Positions 10,761-20,227 of a stretch of DNA of 64,000 bases are shown here, one piece after another. Position 1 is the first letter of the stretch; each line of letters opens with the position of its first letter. The notes beneath the pieces are model-generated. The model made no database searches, was not told where the DNA came from, and was given only the letters and a program-made list of their open reading frames with translations. The DNA lies in IMG/VR virus record IMGVR_UViG_3300031555_004349, positions 32,001-96,000 of that record. The stretch is one strand, 5' to 3'. The translations under genes and the position numbers were made by a program. Origin of the DNA: a virus. Its lineage: Duplodnaviria; Caudoviricetes.

Positions 10761-11504
10761 CTAAACAAAATTTATCATTTCATTATTTTTTATATGCTTT
10801 TCAACCATATATGTTCCGATACAAATTGCATCTGCCTCGTCTTGAGTAACATTCTTTTCATATTTTGTTTGAACATATAATTGAGCGGCTCTTTTTTGGT
10901 CTGCTCTCGATTTCGCAGTTATTTTACAATGAGCGCGCCAAGTGGCTGTATGAATTATTGAATGAGTTATATTTTTTTCAAAACAAGTTACTGCTAAAAC
11001 TCCCTGTAATTGCGCAAGAACCTTATAAGTTGTCACCGCGCCTTCCGTTGCACCATTTTTACCAGTAAATTTCTGTAATTGAATATCTTCCAATGCAATT
11101 CTATCTGGTTTCCAAGTTTCAATTATATTTAATAACCATCCTCTAATTTTACTCATTCTTTCAAAAGCATCACTTTGTGTGAAAGTAATTTTTCCATAAG
11201 CGACCAATTCTTTATTATCAAAAATACACCAACCAGTTGTATTTGTGGCTTGGTCTAATGCTAAAATTCTACTAACTCCTTTTGACTTAGGTTTAATTTC
11301 AGTAGAACCATAAACTTTCTCAGCTTCTGCGCAAGAAGGACAGGAAAAATTTTCTCTTAACTTTTTCCACGAAGTATAAACAATATGACCTTCTGGACAA
11401 GCAAATTCCATTTCGGTATTTAAGTTTTTATATTCTTTTGATAAAAGAGTCCAGCCATGAAAAGCTACTGAATCTTTTACGTCTTGATATTTTATTGTTC
11501 CCAT
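10761..11504 (-). CDS. ruvC: RuvC-like Holliday junction resolvase with N-terminal Zn-ribbon
   Basis: ILALDQATNTTGW...IALEDI...DEADAICIG acidic triad; N-terminal CPEGH...CPSC. Confidence 0.8.
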   Translation of the reverse strand: MGTIKYQDVKDSVAFHGWTLLSKEYKNLNTEMEFACPEGHIVYTSWKKLRENFSCPSCAEAEKVYGSTEIKPKSKGVSRILALDQATNTTGWCIFDNKELVAYGKITFTQSDAFERMSKIRGWLLNIIETWKPDRIALEDIQLQKFTGKNGATEGAVTTYKVLAQLQGVLAVTCFEKNITHSIIHTATWRAHCKITAKSRADQKRAAQLYVQTKYEKNVTQDEADAICIGTYMVEKHIKNNEMINFV

Positions 11505-11505
11505 T

Positions 11506-12171
11506 TTACATCACCGTTAATTTGGCATATTTATCAATTGGAAAATCTGTATCATATTGAACATCTTTAAAAATTTCAGGCATTTCTTCTTTAAATTTTA
11601 ATAATAAAGGTATTAACACTTGTCTAATTGCTGGATGTGCCATCTTCGCGCATCTTAATTCCAATATATGTTTCCATTCTCTTATATTGGCTGTCATTGT
11701 AACTTCCGCAGCGGTTGAATGGGGTAATATCATTCTCATTTGGTCAGGTGTTGCGCCATTATTAGACATATGTATATAGTTCATTTCAACTCTATTCATT
11801 GTGTGTTCCCAAAATGCATATAGGTCTGAATCTTCATCTATATTACAAGGTTTAATAAATTTTATTTCATTTTCAAATTTATCTTTTCCATAATTACAAT
11901 ATCTTGTGCTTTCAATTGAAAAACTTCCAAATCTATGTCTCGTTAAATCTTTATATACTCCTACATCAACACACATGCGGATTGTTATCTTTTCATGTTC
12001 TAATACACTTTCATGCCCTCTATTAATACAATTTTTTAATAAAGTTTTATAGCTATCTTCTGTAATTAATCCCTCTGAGCGATAACAGGTTCTACACGCG
12101 CGTTCAATATTTTTCATTATTTTCTTACCGTCAAAATTTTCTACCTCTATCCAAGGTTCAATAATTTTCAT
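11506..12171 (-). CDS. thyX: Flavin-dependent thymidylate synthase ThyX
   Basis: GHESVLEH and the RHRFGSFSIESTRY (RHRx7SxR) motif; TANIREWKHILELR. Confidence 0.93.
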   Translation of the reverse strand: MKIIEPWIEVENFDGKKIMKNIERACRTCYRSEGLITEDSYKTLLKNCINRGHESVLEHEKITIRMCVDVGVYKDLTRHRFGSFSIESTRYCNYGKDKFENEIKFIKPCNIDEDSDLYAFWEHTMNRVEMNYIHMSNNGATPDQMRMILPHSTAAEVTMTANIREWKHILELRCAKMAHPAIRQVLIPLLLKFKEEMPEIFKDVQYDTDFPIDKYAKLTVM

Positions 12172-12197
12172 TTATTATCCTCCAGTATATATTAAAA

Positions 12198-12956
12198 TTA
12201 CTTTCCTGTACTTCCGTAACCGCCATTACGATTTGTACCAGCAATTTTAGTTATATCTTCAACCTGATTGAAAATTCCTTTTGGTACAACTGCTAAAACT
12301 CCTTGTGCAATTCTGTCACCTTTTTTAAATTCTAAATCTGTATCTCCAATATTGTCACAAATAATTCCAATTTCGTTACAATAACCACAATCAATTGTTC
12401 CAGGAGCATTTGCTATCCTTAAAGTTGTTTTAACTGAATTACCACTTCTTGGTCTAATTTGTAATTCATAACCTTCAGGGATAACCATTTTTATTCCTGT
12501 TGGCGCGATTTTTCCGTATTCATGCGCTTTGATTATAAAGTCTTCTGGTAAATAAAAATCAAAACCTGCGTCGTGATTATGAGCATAAGTTGGTAATTGT
12601 GCATCTGGTTTGCATAGTTCTACTGCAATAGTAACTATATCTCTCATTCCAGTTTCAAGAATTTTATCATAAATTCCCATTGTTATTTCAACAACTTTAT
12701 TTAATAATTGTATTTTAGTTTCACTAAATTCTTCATTTTTTTTCATTGCTTCAACAACACTATATAAAGATTCTTTATCGTTTTGTATATCAATTGTAGT
12801 CATTCCTGTTGCTTTCATAGTGTGTCTTGTTTCATTGATTAATTCTTGATTGTTAAGCATCCCTTCAAAAAGATTATCAAAAGAATCCTTTAATTCTTCT
12901 ATTTTTGTATCGTCCATGCTTGCAATTCTATTAATTAACTCATAAAAAGCTTCCAT
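12198..12956 (-). CDS. dut: Trimeric dUTPase with ~105-aa N-terminal extension
   Basis: AGFDF, RPRSG, GTIDCGY, GDRIAQ and RNGGYGSTG correspond to motifs I-V. Confidence 0.9.
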   Translation of the reverse strand: MEAFYELINRIASMDDTKIEELKDSFDNLFEGMLNNQELINETRHTMKATGMTTIDIQNDKESLYSVVEAMKKNEEFSETKIQLLNKVVEITMGIYDKILETGMRDIVTIAVELCKPDAQLPTYAHNHDAGFDFYLPEDFIIKAHEYGKIAPTGIKMVIPEGYELQIRPRSGNSVKTTLRIANAPGTIDCGYCNEIGIICDNIGDTDLEFKKGDRIAQGVLAVVPKGIFNQVEDITKIAGTNRNGGYGSTGK

Positions 12957-13189
12957 TATTCTTTATCCTCCTTTGTCTCATCATCGAAATCTGCTCTAGC
13001 TTCGTTATAGGCTTTTGCATTTTCTAAGATTTTTTGTAAGAATAAATTTCTACTATCTATTTTATCTTGAGCCATTTTATCAGAAATTTGTCTTGCTCTT
13101 TCCAATGCAAGTTCATTTTTTTCTTTTGGTGTTAATTTTCTTCTTTTGTTTTTAAAAAAAGAAAAAATAGATTTAATATCTTTACTCAT
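12956..13189 (-). CDS. Hypothetical protein
   Basis: GGAGG RBS; in operon context. Confidence 0.6.
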   Translation of the reverse strand: MSKDIKSIFSFFKNKRRKLTPKEKNELALERARQISDKMAQDKIDSRNLFLQKILENAKAYNEARADFDDETKEDKE

Positions 13190-13198
13190 GAAAACCTC

Positions 13199-13516
13199 CT
13201 ATTTGTCTTGTATATCAGCATTATTTAGTAATCTTTTAAATTCATTTCTTTTTAACAATTTTTTAGCTATTGCCATTGCCAATCCTTTTTCTTTATCGAA
13301 ATCTTCTTCTGAACATTTTACAACAGTTCTTGTTTTATCATCCCATATAACTATTGTATGTTCTTTTTGAAAAATAACTTTTTCAACATTTGGTATTATA
13401 TTAATAGTTTGGACAGGTTGATTTCCTGTTAAAGAACAAATTGACATTTCATCTGGTTGATGAATGAAAGTTAATCCACTTATTGCAGAAGATGATGTTG
13501 TTGTTAATACTCCCAT
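13199..13516 (-). CDS. Phage hypothetical protein
   Basis: TIVIWDDKTRTVVKC..EDFDKEKGLAMAIAKK resembles a recurrent phage family; AAGGAGG RBS. Confidence 0.65.
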   Translation of the reverse strand: MGVLTTTSSSAISGLTFIHQPDEMSICSLTGNQPVQTINIIPNVEKVIFQKEHTIVIWDDKTRTVVKCSEEDFDKEKGLAMAIAKKLLKRNEFKRLLNNADIQDK

Positions 13517-13552
13517 TGATATTCCTCCTTTTAACTCTTATTTTATAATATA

Positions 13553-13581
13553 ATTATAACATAATTTCCAATTAAAATCAA
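13553..13581 (-). promoter_or_regulatory. Sigma-A-type promoter
   Basis: TTGATT-N17-TATAAT with extended TG. Confidence 0.7.
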
Positions 13582-13584
13582 TTA

Positions 13585-14088
13585 TTATATATCTTTTAAA
13601 ATCATTGTTTGAAAATATTGTGAAGCTCTTATATCTATTATTCTTTGATTTGATGAACCTCTAAAAGCTAAGCTTAAATCTTTTTGTTCTTCTATAAAAG
13701 GCCCATCTACTAAAACATCTACTAAATTTATAATGTTCGCGCGAAGTGGGTCATTTACTAAAAACTCTGCTTTGTAGCCTGTCCATAGCCAAATTGTTTT
13801 ATCATAGTCAAATTTTTTTCTAAAAGCTGTAATTAAATCATAAATTCCATTTAGATTACAATTTTCAAGTGGGTCGCCACCTAATAAACTTAAACCTTCA
13901 CATTTATCATCTATACTATTTAAAATTTCTTCAATTGTTTCTTTTGTAAATTCTTGACCAAAGTTTGGGTCCCAGGCTTCTGAATTAAAACATCCTGGAC
14001 ATTGTCTGCTGCAGCCGCTAACAAATAACGATACTCTAACTCCTGGTCCATTTGCAAAGTCTCTTTTAATGATTTTGCTGTAATGCAT
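13585..14088 (-). CDS. nrdG: Anaerobic RNR activating protein
   Basis: NGPGVRVSLFVSGCSRQCPGCFN (CxxxCxxC); LAFRGSSNQR. Confidence 0.93.
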   Translation of the reverse strand: MHYSKIIKRDFANGPGVRVSLFVSGCSRQCPGCFNSEAWDPNFGQEFTKETIEEILNSIDDKCEGLSLLGGDPLENCNLNGIYDLITAFRKKFDYDKTIWLWTGYKAEFLVNDPLRANIINLVDVLVDGPFIEEQKDLSLAFRGSSNQRIIDIRASQYFQTMILKDI

Positions 14089-14299
14089 TTTTTATTACCT
14101 CCGTAGTAAAAACTCTTATTTCAGGCTCTCTTTTTGTCAATTGATTTATTAAAAAATCAGGTGTAATAATCCATTTTTTGTCAGGGAGAATAAATGTTTC
14201 ACTTATCTCCCTGAATCTACAGCTTGTATGTTTTTTATATCTTTCTTTTAATAATTTTATAATTTCTTCTTTTTCTTCATTTGTTTTATAACTAATCAT
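14066..14299 (-). CDS. Hypothetical protein between nrdD and nrdG
   Basis: Fills the gap in the operon; likely start MISYK. Confidence 0.5.
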   Translation of the reverse strand: MISYKTNEEKEEIIKLLKERYKKHTSCRFREISETFILPDKKWIITPDFLINQLTKREPEIRVFTTEVIKNALQQNH

Positions 14300-14319
14300 A
14301 TTAATTTGCAATTTATCAC

Positions 14320-16533
14320 CTAACACTCGCTATGTTTCACTCTCATTTCTACTTCTTGTTGCTTTCCTTTATTGAAAGCTGTTTTATAATCTCCGGTCAA
14401 ATAACCAGTTACTCTTCTTAATCTTTGAATGTCAGTACTTCCGCACATTGGGCATTCATCGTTTAATTCTTCTGTATATCCACATTCCATGCAACAATCA
14501 TTTGGTACATTTAACGCAAAATAAGGAATATCTTTATCCATTGCATAATTTACTAAAGTTTCTAATCCTTCTAAGTTATGTTTAACTCCTGAGTCAAGTT
14601 CAACATAAGTTATGCAACCTGCGCTAGAATATCCTGTTAATTGAGACTCAATATCTATTTTTTCAAAAGGATTTACTTTTTCCCAAACTGGAACATGCAT
14701 ACTGTTTGTAAAATACTCTTTATCTGAAACTCTTTCTATTACACCATATTTATTTTTGAATTTTTGTAAAGCAGTATAACATAAGTTTTCAGCTGGAGTA
14801 TAATATACACCAAAATTTAATTTGTATTCCTGTTTAAATTCAGCACATTTATCTTTAAATAATTGTTCAATTCTTTTAGCTAATTCCATACCTTTTGGAT
14901 GAGTATGATTTTCTCCGATAAGAATTTCAAGTGTTTCGGCTAAACCTAATTGTCCTAAAGCTAATGTTCCATGTTTTAATGCGCTTCTAATTCCTTCTTC
15001 TGGAATATAACCTTCCATAGTACCATTTTCATACATAAATTTTGCAGAACCGGCATCTTGTGAACAAATATACTCAAATCTTTCAATTAACATATCTTTT
15101 GCTTCATGAATTTTGATATCTAAAATTTGCATAAACTTTTCAACTGGGTCAATGTAAATATCCGCGCCAGGAATAAAAGTTTCACTAATTTCTTTTGCTT
15201 GCATTGCAAGTGTAGGCATTATAATTGTAACTGGGCAAATATTGCCTCTACCATCTTTAGTTTGTCCAAAACCATTGATATCAAAACCATTAGCTGTTCT
15301 ACATCCCATTGTACTAAAATAAGTTTTTGGGTCTTTAGGGTCATATCCAGCATTTCCGCTCCAATCAATATTTGCATAATTAGGATATAATCTTAAAGAA
15401 GTAGATTTTAATGCTAATTGAAATAAGTCATAATTAGGGTCTCCTGGTTCACGATTAATTCCTTTTCCTAATTGAAAAATTCCACAAGGGAAAATGCTTG
15501 TTCTATGTAATCTTCCCAAACCGTCAATAGAAACATCTAATATTGCTCTTGTTACCATTCTACCTTCTGGTAAAGTACATGTTCCATAATTAATACTACT
15601 AAAAGGTAATTGATTTCCACTTCTTGATTGTAAAGTATTTAAGTTATGGTACATACCTTCCACCGCTTGATAAGTTTCTTTAGCTGTTTTTTCAACTGCA
15701 TACTTATAAGCTTTTGGATACATTGTATAACTATCATCATTAATAGAAACATCTTCTGCGCTCATTTGTGCAGGAATTTCTTTTTCTTCTATATATCTCA
15801 TTCCTTCATTGAAATGTTTTCTAAAAGATTTTCTAACATAAGGCACCATTGTCCAATCTAAGTGAGTAGCACTTACACCGCCGAATTGTTGTAAAGATTG
15901 AATTTGGAATATTACAGCTACTAATTGAAAAGCTGTATTAATTGATTGCGCAGGTCTAACATCTATTTGTCTTGTATTAAAACCTGTTTTTAATAGTTTA
16001 TCGAATGGTACACTTAAACAATTATGATTTCCAACGGCGTATGCACTTAAGTCGTGAATATAAATTTCATTATTTAAATGATTATTTTTTGATTTTTCGC
16101 TCATACAAAATTCTAATGCATATTCTTTCATTACTAAATCAGATGCAGAGCCAATTCTTCCACCAAATGAATGTTCATCCATATTAGCATTTTGATTTTC
16201 AACATTACTACAACTAATTTTATCAGTAATCGCGCTCATTAAAGTTTTATATTTATCTCTTGCTAAGCCATGTAAATAACGATATCTAATATAAGCTTGA
16301 GCCACATCTTTTCTGCTGCTTTTCATTAATTTATCTTCTACTATGTCTTGAATTTCTTCAACATTAATTTTTTTCTTTTTTAATTGTTTTATATATTCGC
16401 TAATTTTCTTAGCAATATTTTGTGCATCAACTGTAATCTCTTTATCTACATCATTGAAAGCTGCTAAAATCGCGCGTATAACTTTACTATCGTCATACTC
16501 AGCTATTTCTCCATTTCTTTTTATAACTTCCAT
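14320..16533 (-). CDS. nrdD: Class III (anaerobic) ribonucleoside-triphosphate reductase with ATP cone
   Basis: ATP cone (VIKRNG); TMGCRT; CxxC...CPxCG; glycyl-radical loop RRVTGYL. Confidence 0.95.
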   Translation of the reverse strand: MEVIKRNGEIAEYDDSKVIRAILAAFNDVDKEITVDAQNIAKKISEYIKQLKKKKINVEEIQDIVEDKLMKSSRKDVAQAYIRYRYLHGLARDKYKTLMSAITDKISCSNVENQNANMDEHSFGGRIGSASDLVMKEYALEFCMSEKSKNNHLNNEIYIHDLSAYAVGNHNCLSVPFDKLLKTGFNTRQIDVRPAQSINTAFQLVAVIFQIQSLQQFGGVSATHLDWTMVPYVRKSFRKHFNEGMRYIEEKEIPAQMSAEDVSINDDSYTMYPKAYKYAVEKTAKETYQAVEGMYHNLNTLQSRSGNQLPFSSINYGTCTLPEGRMVTRAILDVSIDGLGRLHRTSIFPCGIFQLGKGINREPGDPNYDLFQLALKSTSLRLYPNYANIDWSGNAGYDPKDPKTYFSTMGCRTANGFDINGFGQTKDGRGNICPVTIIMPTLAMQAKEISETFIPGADIYIDPVEKFMQILDIKIHEAKDMLIERFEYICSQDAGSAKFMYENGTMEGYIPEEGIRSALKHGTLALGQLGLAETLEILIGENHTHPKGMELAKRIEQLFKDKCAEFKQEYKLNFGVYYTPAENLCYTALQKFKNKYGVIERVSDKEYFTNSMHVPVWEKVNPFEKIDIESQLTGYSSAGCITYVELDSGVKHNLEGLETLVNYAMDKDIPYFALNVPNDCCMECGYTEELNDECPMCGSTDIQRLRRVTGYLTGDYKTAFNKGKQQEVEMRVKHSEC

Positions 16534-16545
16534 TTAAATCCTCCC

Positions 16546-16779
16546 CTATCTGATTGTTTCTATTTGTTTGCCACAATAAGCACATTTACCATTTGGATTA
16601 ATAGTTAAATGCTTACATTGATTTTGGAAAGTAACAATCTTTTTATTTAATTCATCAATTTTTGGATTGTGAATAAATTCACCAACACATTTCATTACTT
16701 CTTCTTTTTTCTCTTCTGTTAATGTCTTAATTGCTGCTTGACAAAAATCACATAATTCTTTATCTGTCATATTTTCCAT
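16546..16779 (-). CDS. Small Zn-finger protein
   Basis: CKH...CAYCG; GGAGG RBS. Confidence 0.6.
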   Translation of the reverse strand: MENMTDKELCDFCQAAIKTLTEEKKEEVMKCVGEFIHNPKIDELNKKIVTFQNQCKHLTINPNGKCAYCGKQIETIR

Positions 16780-16788
16780 AATAACCTC

Positions 16789-17001
16789 CTAAAATTCTTT
16801 TCCGCAAATCGCGCATTTTCTTCTTCCATTTTTTACAATATAAGTGGCATCTGTATCATTTTCCCACATATGTCTACACTTGCCTTGTGCAAGTTTTCGA
16901 CTTTGATAAGGGTTTATAAAATCTGTTTCTTCTCCGAATGAATGTTTTGTAGGCAATGATTGTAAGGAATGCTCCACTATGTTCCAATCTTTTTCAAACA
17001 T
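16789..17001 (-). CDS. Small Zn-finger protein
   Basis: CRH...CAICG; GGAGG RBS. Confidence 0.6.
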   Translation of the reverse strand: MFEKDWNIVEHSLQSLPTKHSFGEETDFINPYQSRKLAQGKCRHMWENDTDATYIVKNGRRKCAICGKEF

Positions 17002-17003
17002 TT

Positions 17004-18041
17004 TTAGTCCTCCTTATTAATAATTCTACGAAACCACTTTTTGTATTCAGGTTTCTTTTCTAAAAAATTACGATAATATTTTATAACTTCAGGATGATAT
17101 TTATTGTCTACTAAAAATATCCCTTCGTAAGTAAAATCATTATATTTACCTTCCCTAAACCATCTTTCAAAAGAATAATAAACTGCTTTTGTTAAAGGTT
17201 TTTTTGAATAAAGCAATATATCTGCACCTGTAAAAGTAATATTTATTTTACTTAATAGCAATGCTTTTTGTACGGTTGGTATTAATTCTTTTAAATAAAA
17301 GTCTTCTGTATATAAATTATCTTTATTATAACCAATACTAAAATAAAGACGTTTTTCCATTTTCTTTAAAATTTCAGTATTGTTTGTAATTAATTGCTCA
17401 AACTCCTCATATGTGCTAGTTAAAATAACCCCATATAAGTTTACAAAATTAAATTGTAACAAATAATTAAAATCTTCTAAATTCTGTTGATTTCTAATTA
17501 TTACTGGACGCGCAAAGCAAATACTTCTTTCATATATTGAAATTTTTTTGAAATACTCGCGCCAGTTTTCTTTATCAAAAAAATCATTATCTACAATTAC
17601 TTTTCTATCTGGTATTAAAACTTTATAAATATCTATTGGTTTTTCATTTGGATAAAGTCTTAACCATTTAGCTCTTTTGATTTTTTCAATATCTTTTTCT
17701 GTATAAATATTACTATAAAAATAATATTTTAATAAATTATCATAAATCCTATAATTAGTTTCTTGTTCGTCTATTTCATTTCCAAAAGGAACAAATTTTC
17801 TATTGTTGTAGTAAGTTCCATAAAAATCAATATTAGGATGTTTTAGGAAACTCTCAATTGGTAAGTGTGAGTTACAAAATATACAAAGTTTATCATAATC
17901 ATAAATATAGCTTTTAGGATGTAGAACTTCAACTTGGTGTCCAAGTTCTTCATAATAAACACCAAGTTTCATTAATTCTACATTTAATATTTTAGAATTT
18001 GGTTGTATTAATAAATCTATATCTACTAAACCTATTTTCAT
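17004..18041 (-). CDS. Hypothetical protein; N-terminus resembles phage radical-SAM-associated proteins
   Basis: MKIGLVDID...NVELMKLGVYY...GHQVE; no CxxxCxxC motif; overlaps the dnaE stop codon. Confidence 0.5.
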   Translation of the reverse strand: MKIGLVDIDLLIQPNSKILNVELMKLGVYYEELGHQVEVLHPKSYIYDYDKLCIFCNSHLPIESFLKHPNIDFYGTYYNNRKFVPFGNEIDEQETNYRIYDNLLKYYFYSNIYTEKDIEKIKRAKWLRLYPNEKPIDIYKVLIPDRKVIVDNDFFDKENWREYFKKISIYERSICFARPVIIRNQQNLEDFNYLLQFNFVNLYGVILTSTYEEFEQLITNNTEILKKMEKRLYFSIGYNKDNLYTEDFYLKELIPTVQKALLLSKINITFTGADILLYSKKPLTKAVYYSFERWFREGKYNDFTYEGIFLVDNKYHPEVIKYYRNFLEKKPEYKKWFRRIINKED

Positions 18042-20227
18042 TCTGCTCTTTCTCCCGCAACCTCTATTATTCCATTTTCATCAATTGAAGTTATTAATTC
18101 AATTGGAAATTCAAATAAACCATTTTTATAAACTTTTGGTACAAAATTGTCTCCTCTTCGAATTCCACTCAACATTAATTTATTTCCTCTTTTAAACCAA
18201 GAACGTTCTATTATAGTTTTCTTTCCAGTTAATTCATTTTTAACTGAAATTTGTTTATCATACTTACTGAATTGCGCTCTATATATTTTTACTCCAACTA
18301 CTCCATCATCTGTTAATAAAGTTACTAAATTTTTAGTTTTATTTTTATCTATAACTGTACCACAAATTCTAGTCAATTTAAATATAGGAATTTCTTTTCC
18401 ATCTTTTGTAGTCCATACTTTATCTATTATAGGTTCTTCAGCCAAATTATTATAATTACTTATACCATATCTTTCTTTATCAATATGTGCAAGTTCATGA
18501 GCATTATGATAGAAACATACACTATCCATTTCCCATTTACTAATATTTCCGCTCGCATATTTATTCCATATTTCTTCAAAAAGTTTATTATTTAAATCCT
18601 CTAAAATTGCTGGATTTTCTTTTATTTCAACTTTAACAGGTTCCATTTCTTTTTTATAAATTTTATCCCAAGTTGTTTGACCAATTACAAATTCACCTTT
18701 TTCATTTTGCTTAATTAAATCCATATCATATTTCTTTTCATAAAAAGTTAAAGCGCGTTCATCTAAAACATAATTAACTGAGTCTTTAAAATTTTTTAAA
18801 TACTTATTAAAGTTATAAACATGAACTTCGTTTTTATATTCTTCTGGAATACAATTATTTTTTATTAACATAGCCATATTTTGTAAAGTTAATCTTTGTT
18901 TTTTATCGCTAATTTTATCTATATAATTTCTCATTATTTCTTCGCGCGATTTCTTTTCAACCTTATCAAAACATCCAGCTTTTATTAAATTAATCATAGA
19001 TACTTTATTAGTTTTTACTTTACTCATAAAATCATCTATTCCAGTATAAGGTCTATTATCTATAATACTTTTTGCTAAATCATTATTAATTCTATTTATA
19101 CCTTTAATACCAAAAATGATTGTATTACTTTCAATATCGGGAGTGAAAGTAAATTCAGATTTATTTATATCTGGTAATTCAACACTAATTCCAAGCGCCA
19201 TCATTTTACCAATTGCTGAAGCTATTTTACCATAGTTAACAGTTTTATTTTGTTTCTTGACTTCTTCTTTTTCTTCTTTTGTCATATCTTCATCTAAGTC
19301 ATCATCTTCATTTATGTCTTCTTCGTCATTATTTTCAGTTACTGGGTCAAAATCTTCTATTAAATTTACAAACTCATCGTTCTCATCTATGCCAGCACTA
19401 TCTACTATTAAGTTTGCACAGTTCCAAAATATCGAAGGGTAATGATAAGCTAAATTCATTTCTTGTAAAGCTATTAGTGAATAACCGAAAGCATGCAACA
19501 TAGAGAAAGAATATCCTAACTGTCTTTTTACTTGTATATTCCAAACATAATTTAATAAGTTATCTGAAGTACCTTGTTCGCGTCCTCTTTTCATAAACAT
19601 GTCGTGCATACTATCAATTTCTGCAAGTTTTTTCTTTGCAATTGTTTTTCTCAATTTATTAGCTTCTTTTACACTAAATCCGCTAATTTTTTCATCCATT
19701 GAAATTAACATTATTCCTTCCTGACTTTCGCACACACCAGAGTTTGCTAACAAGTGTTTTTCCATAATTTTTATTTCTTCTTCTGTCAAACCATATCTTT
19801 TCATTTCATTATACCAAAGTTGTATATTATTTTTATACCTTGTAAAAGTCTCAGAAGGCATAACGCCACTTTCGTCTGCCATCAGCCTCATTAATGAGTT
19901 AGCAATAGCTAATTGCATTGTGTTAGTTGGTTTTATTTGTTTAGCCGTTGCTAAACCTACTGGAGTATCATATTGGAATAAGTTACTTATTTTATTTTCA
20001 CCAATTTCATTCCACATATCTTTTGTATCATAATCTAAATTACTTAAACCAACATATTTTTCATAAGTTTCTTTTAAACCATCTTCCCACTCTATATATC
20101 CATATTTTAATAATAAATCTAAACAAGTTCTAATTCTATCAAGTGCATCAGTTGTTAAAGCATCAAATTTAACCCCGCCCCATATATTCGCTATCGTGTA
20201 ATTCAAATTGACTACACAAAGTTCCAT
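18038..20227 (-). CDS. dnaE: DNA polymerase III alpha, C-terminal part (reached by a +1 frameshift near 20178)
   Basis: GVKFDAL (third catalytic Asp), LFQYDT, GYSFSMLHAFGYS, HhH (FGIKGI), OB fold. The first ~16 aa of the track ORF are off-frame and lack an RBS. Confidence 0.9.
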   Translation of the reverse strand: MELCVVNLNYTIANIWGGVKFDALTTDALDRIRTCLDLLLKYGYIEWEDGLKETYEKYVGLSNLDYDTKDMWNEIGENKISNLFQYDTPVGLATAKQIKPTNTMQLAIANSLMRLMADESGVMPSETFTRYKNNIQLWYNEMKRYGLTEEEIKIMEKHLLANSGVCESQEGIMLISMDEKISGFSVKEANKLRKTIAKKKLAEIDSMHDMFMKRGREQGTSDNLLNYVWNIQVKRQLGYSFSMLHAFGYSLIALQEMNLAYHYPSIFWNCANLIVDSAGIDENDEFVNLIEDFDPVTENNDEEDINEDDDLDEDMTKEEKEEVKKQNKTVNYGKIASAIGKMMALGISVELPDINKSEFTFTPDIESNTIIFGIKGINRINNDLAKSIIDNRPYTGIDDFMSKVKTNKVSMINLIKAGCFDKVEKKSREEIMRNYIDKISDKKQRLTLQNMAMLIKNNCIPEEYKNEVHVYNFNKYLKNFKDSVNYVLDERALTFYEKKYDMDLIKQNEKGEFVIGQTTWDKIYKKEMEPVKVEIKENPAILEDLNNKLFEEIWNKYASGNISKWEMDSVCFYHNAHELAHIDKERYGISNYNNLAEEPIIDKVWTTKDGKEIPIFKLTRICGTVIDKNKTKNLVTLLTDDGVVGVKIYRAQFSKYDKQISVKNELTGKKTIIERSWFKRGNKLMLSGIRRGDNFVPKVYKNGLFEFPIELITSIDENGIIEVAGERAE

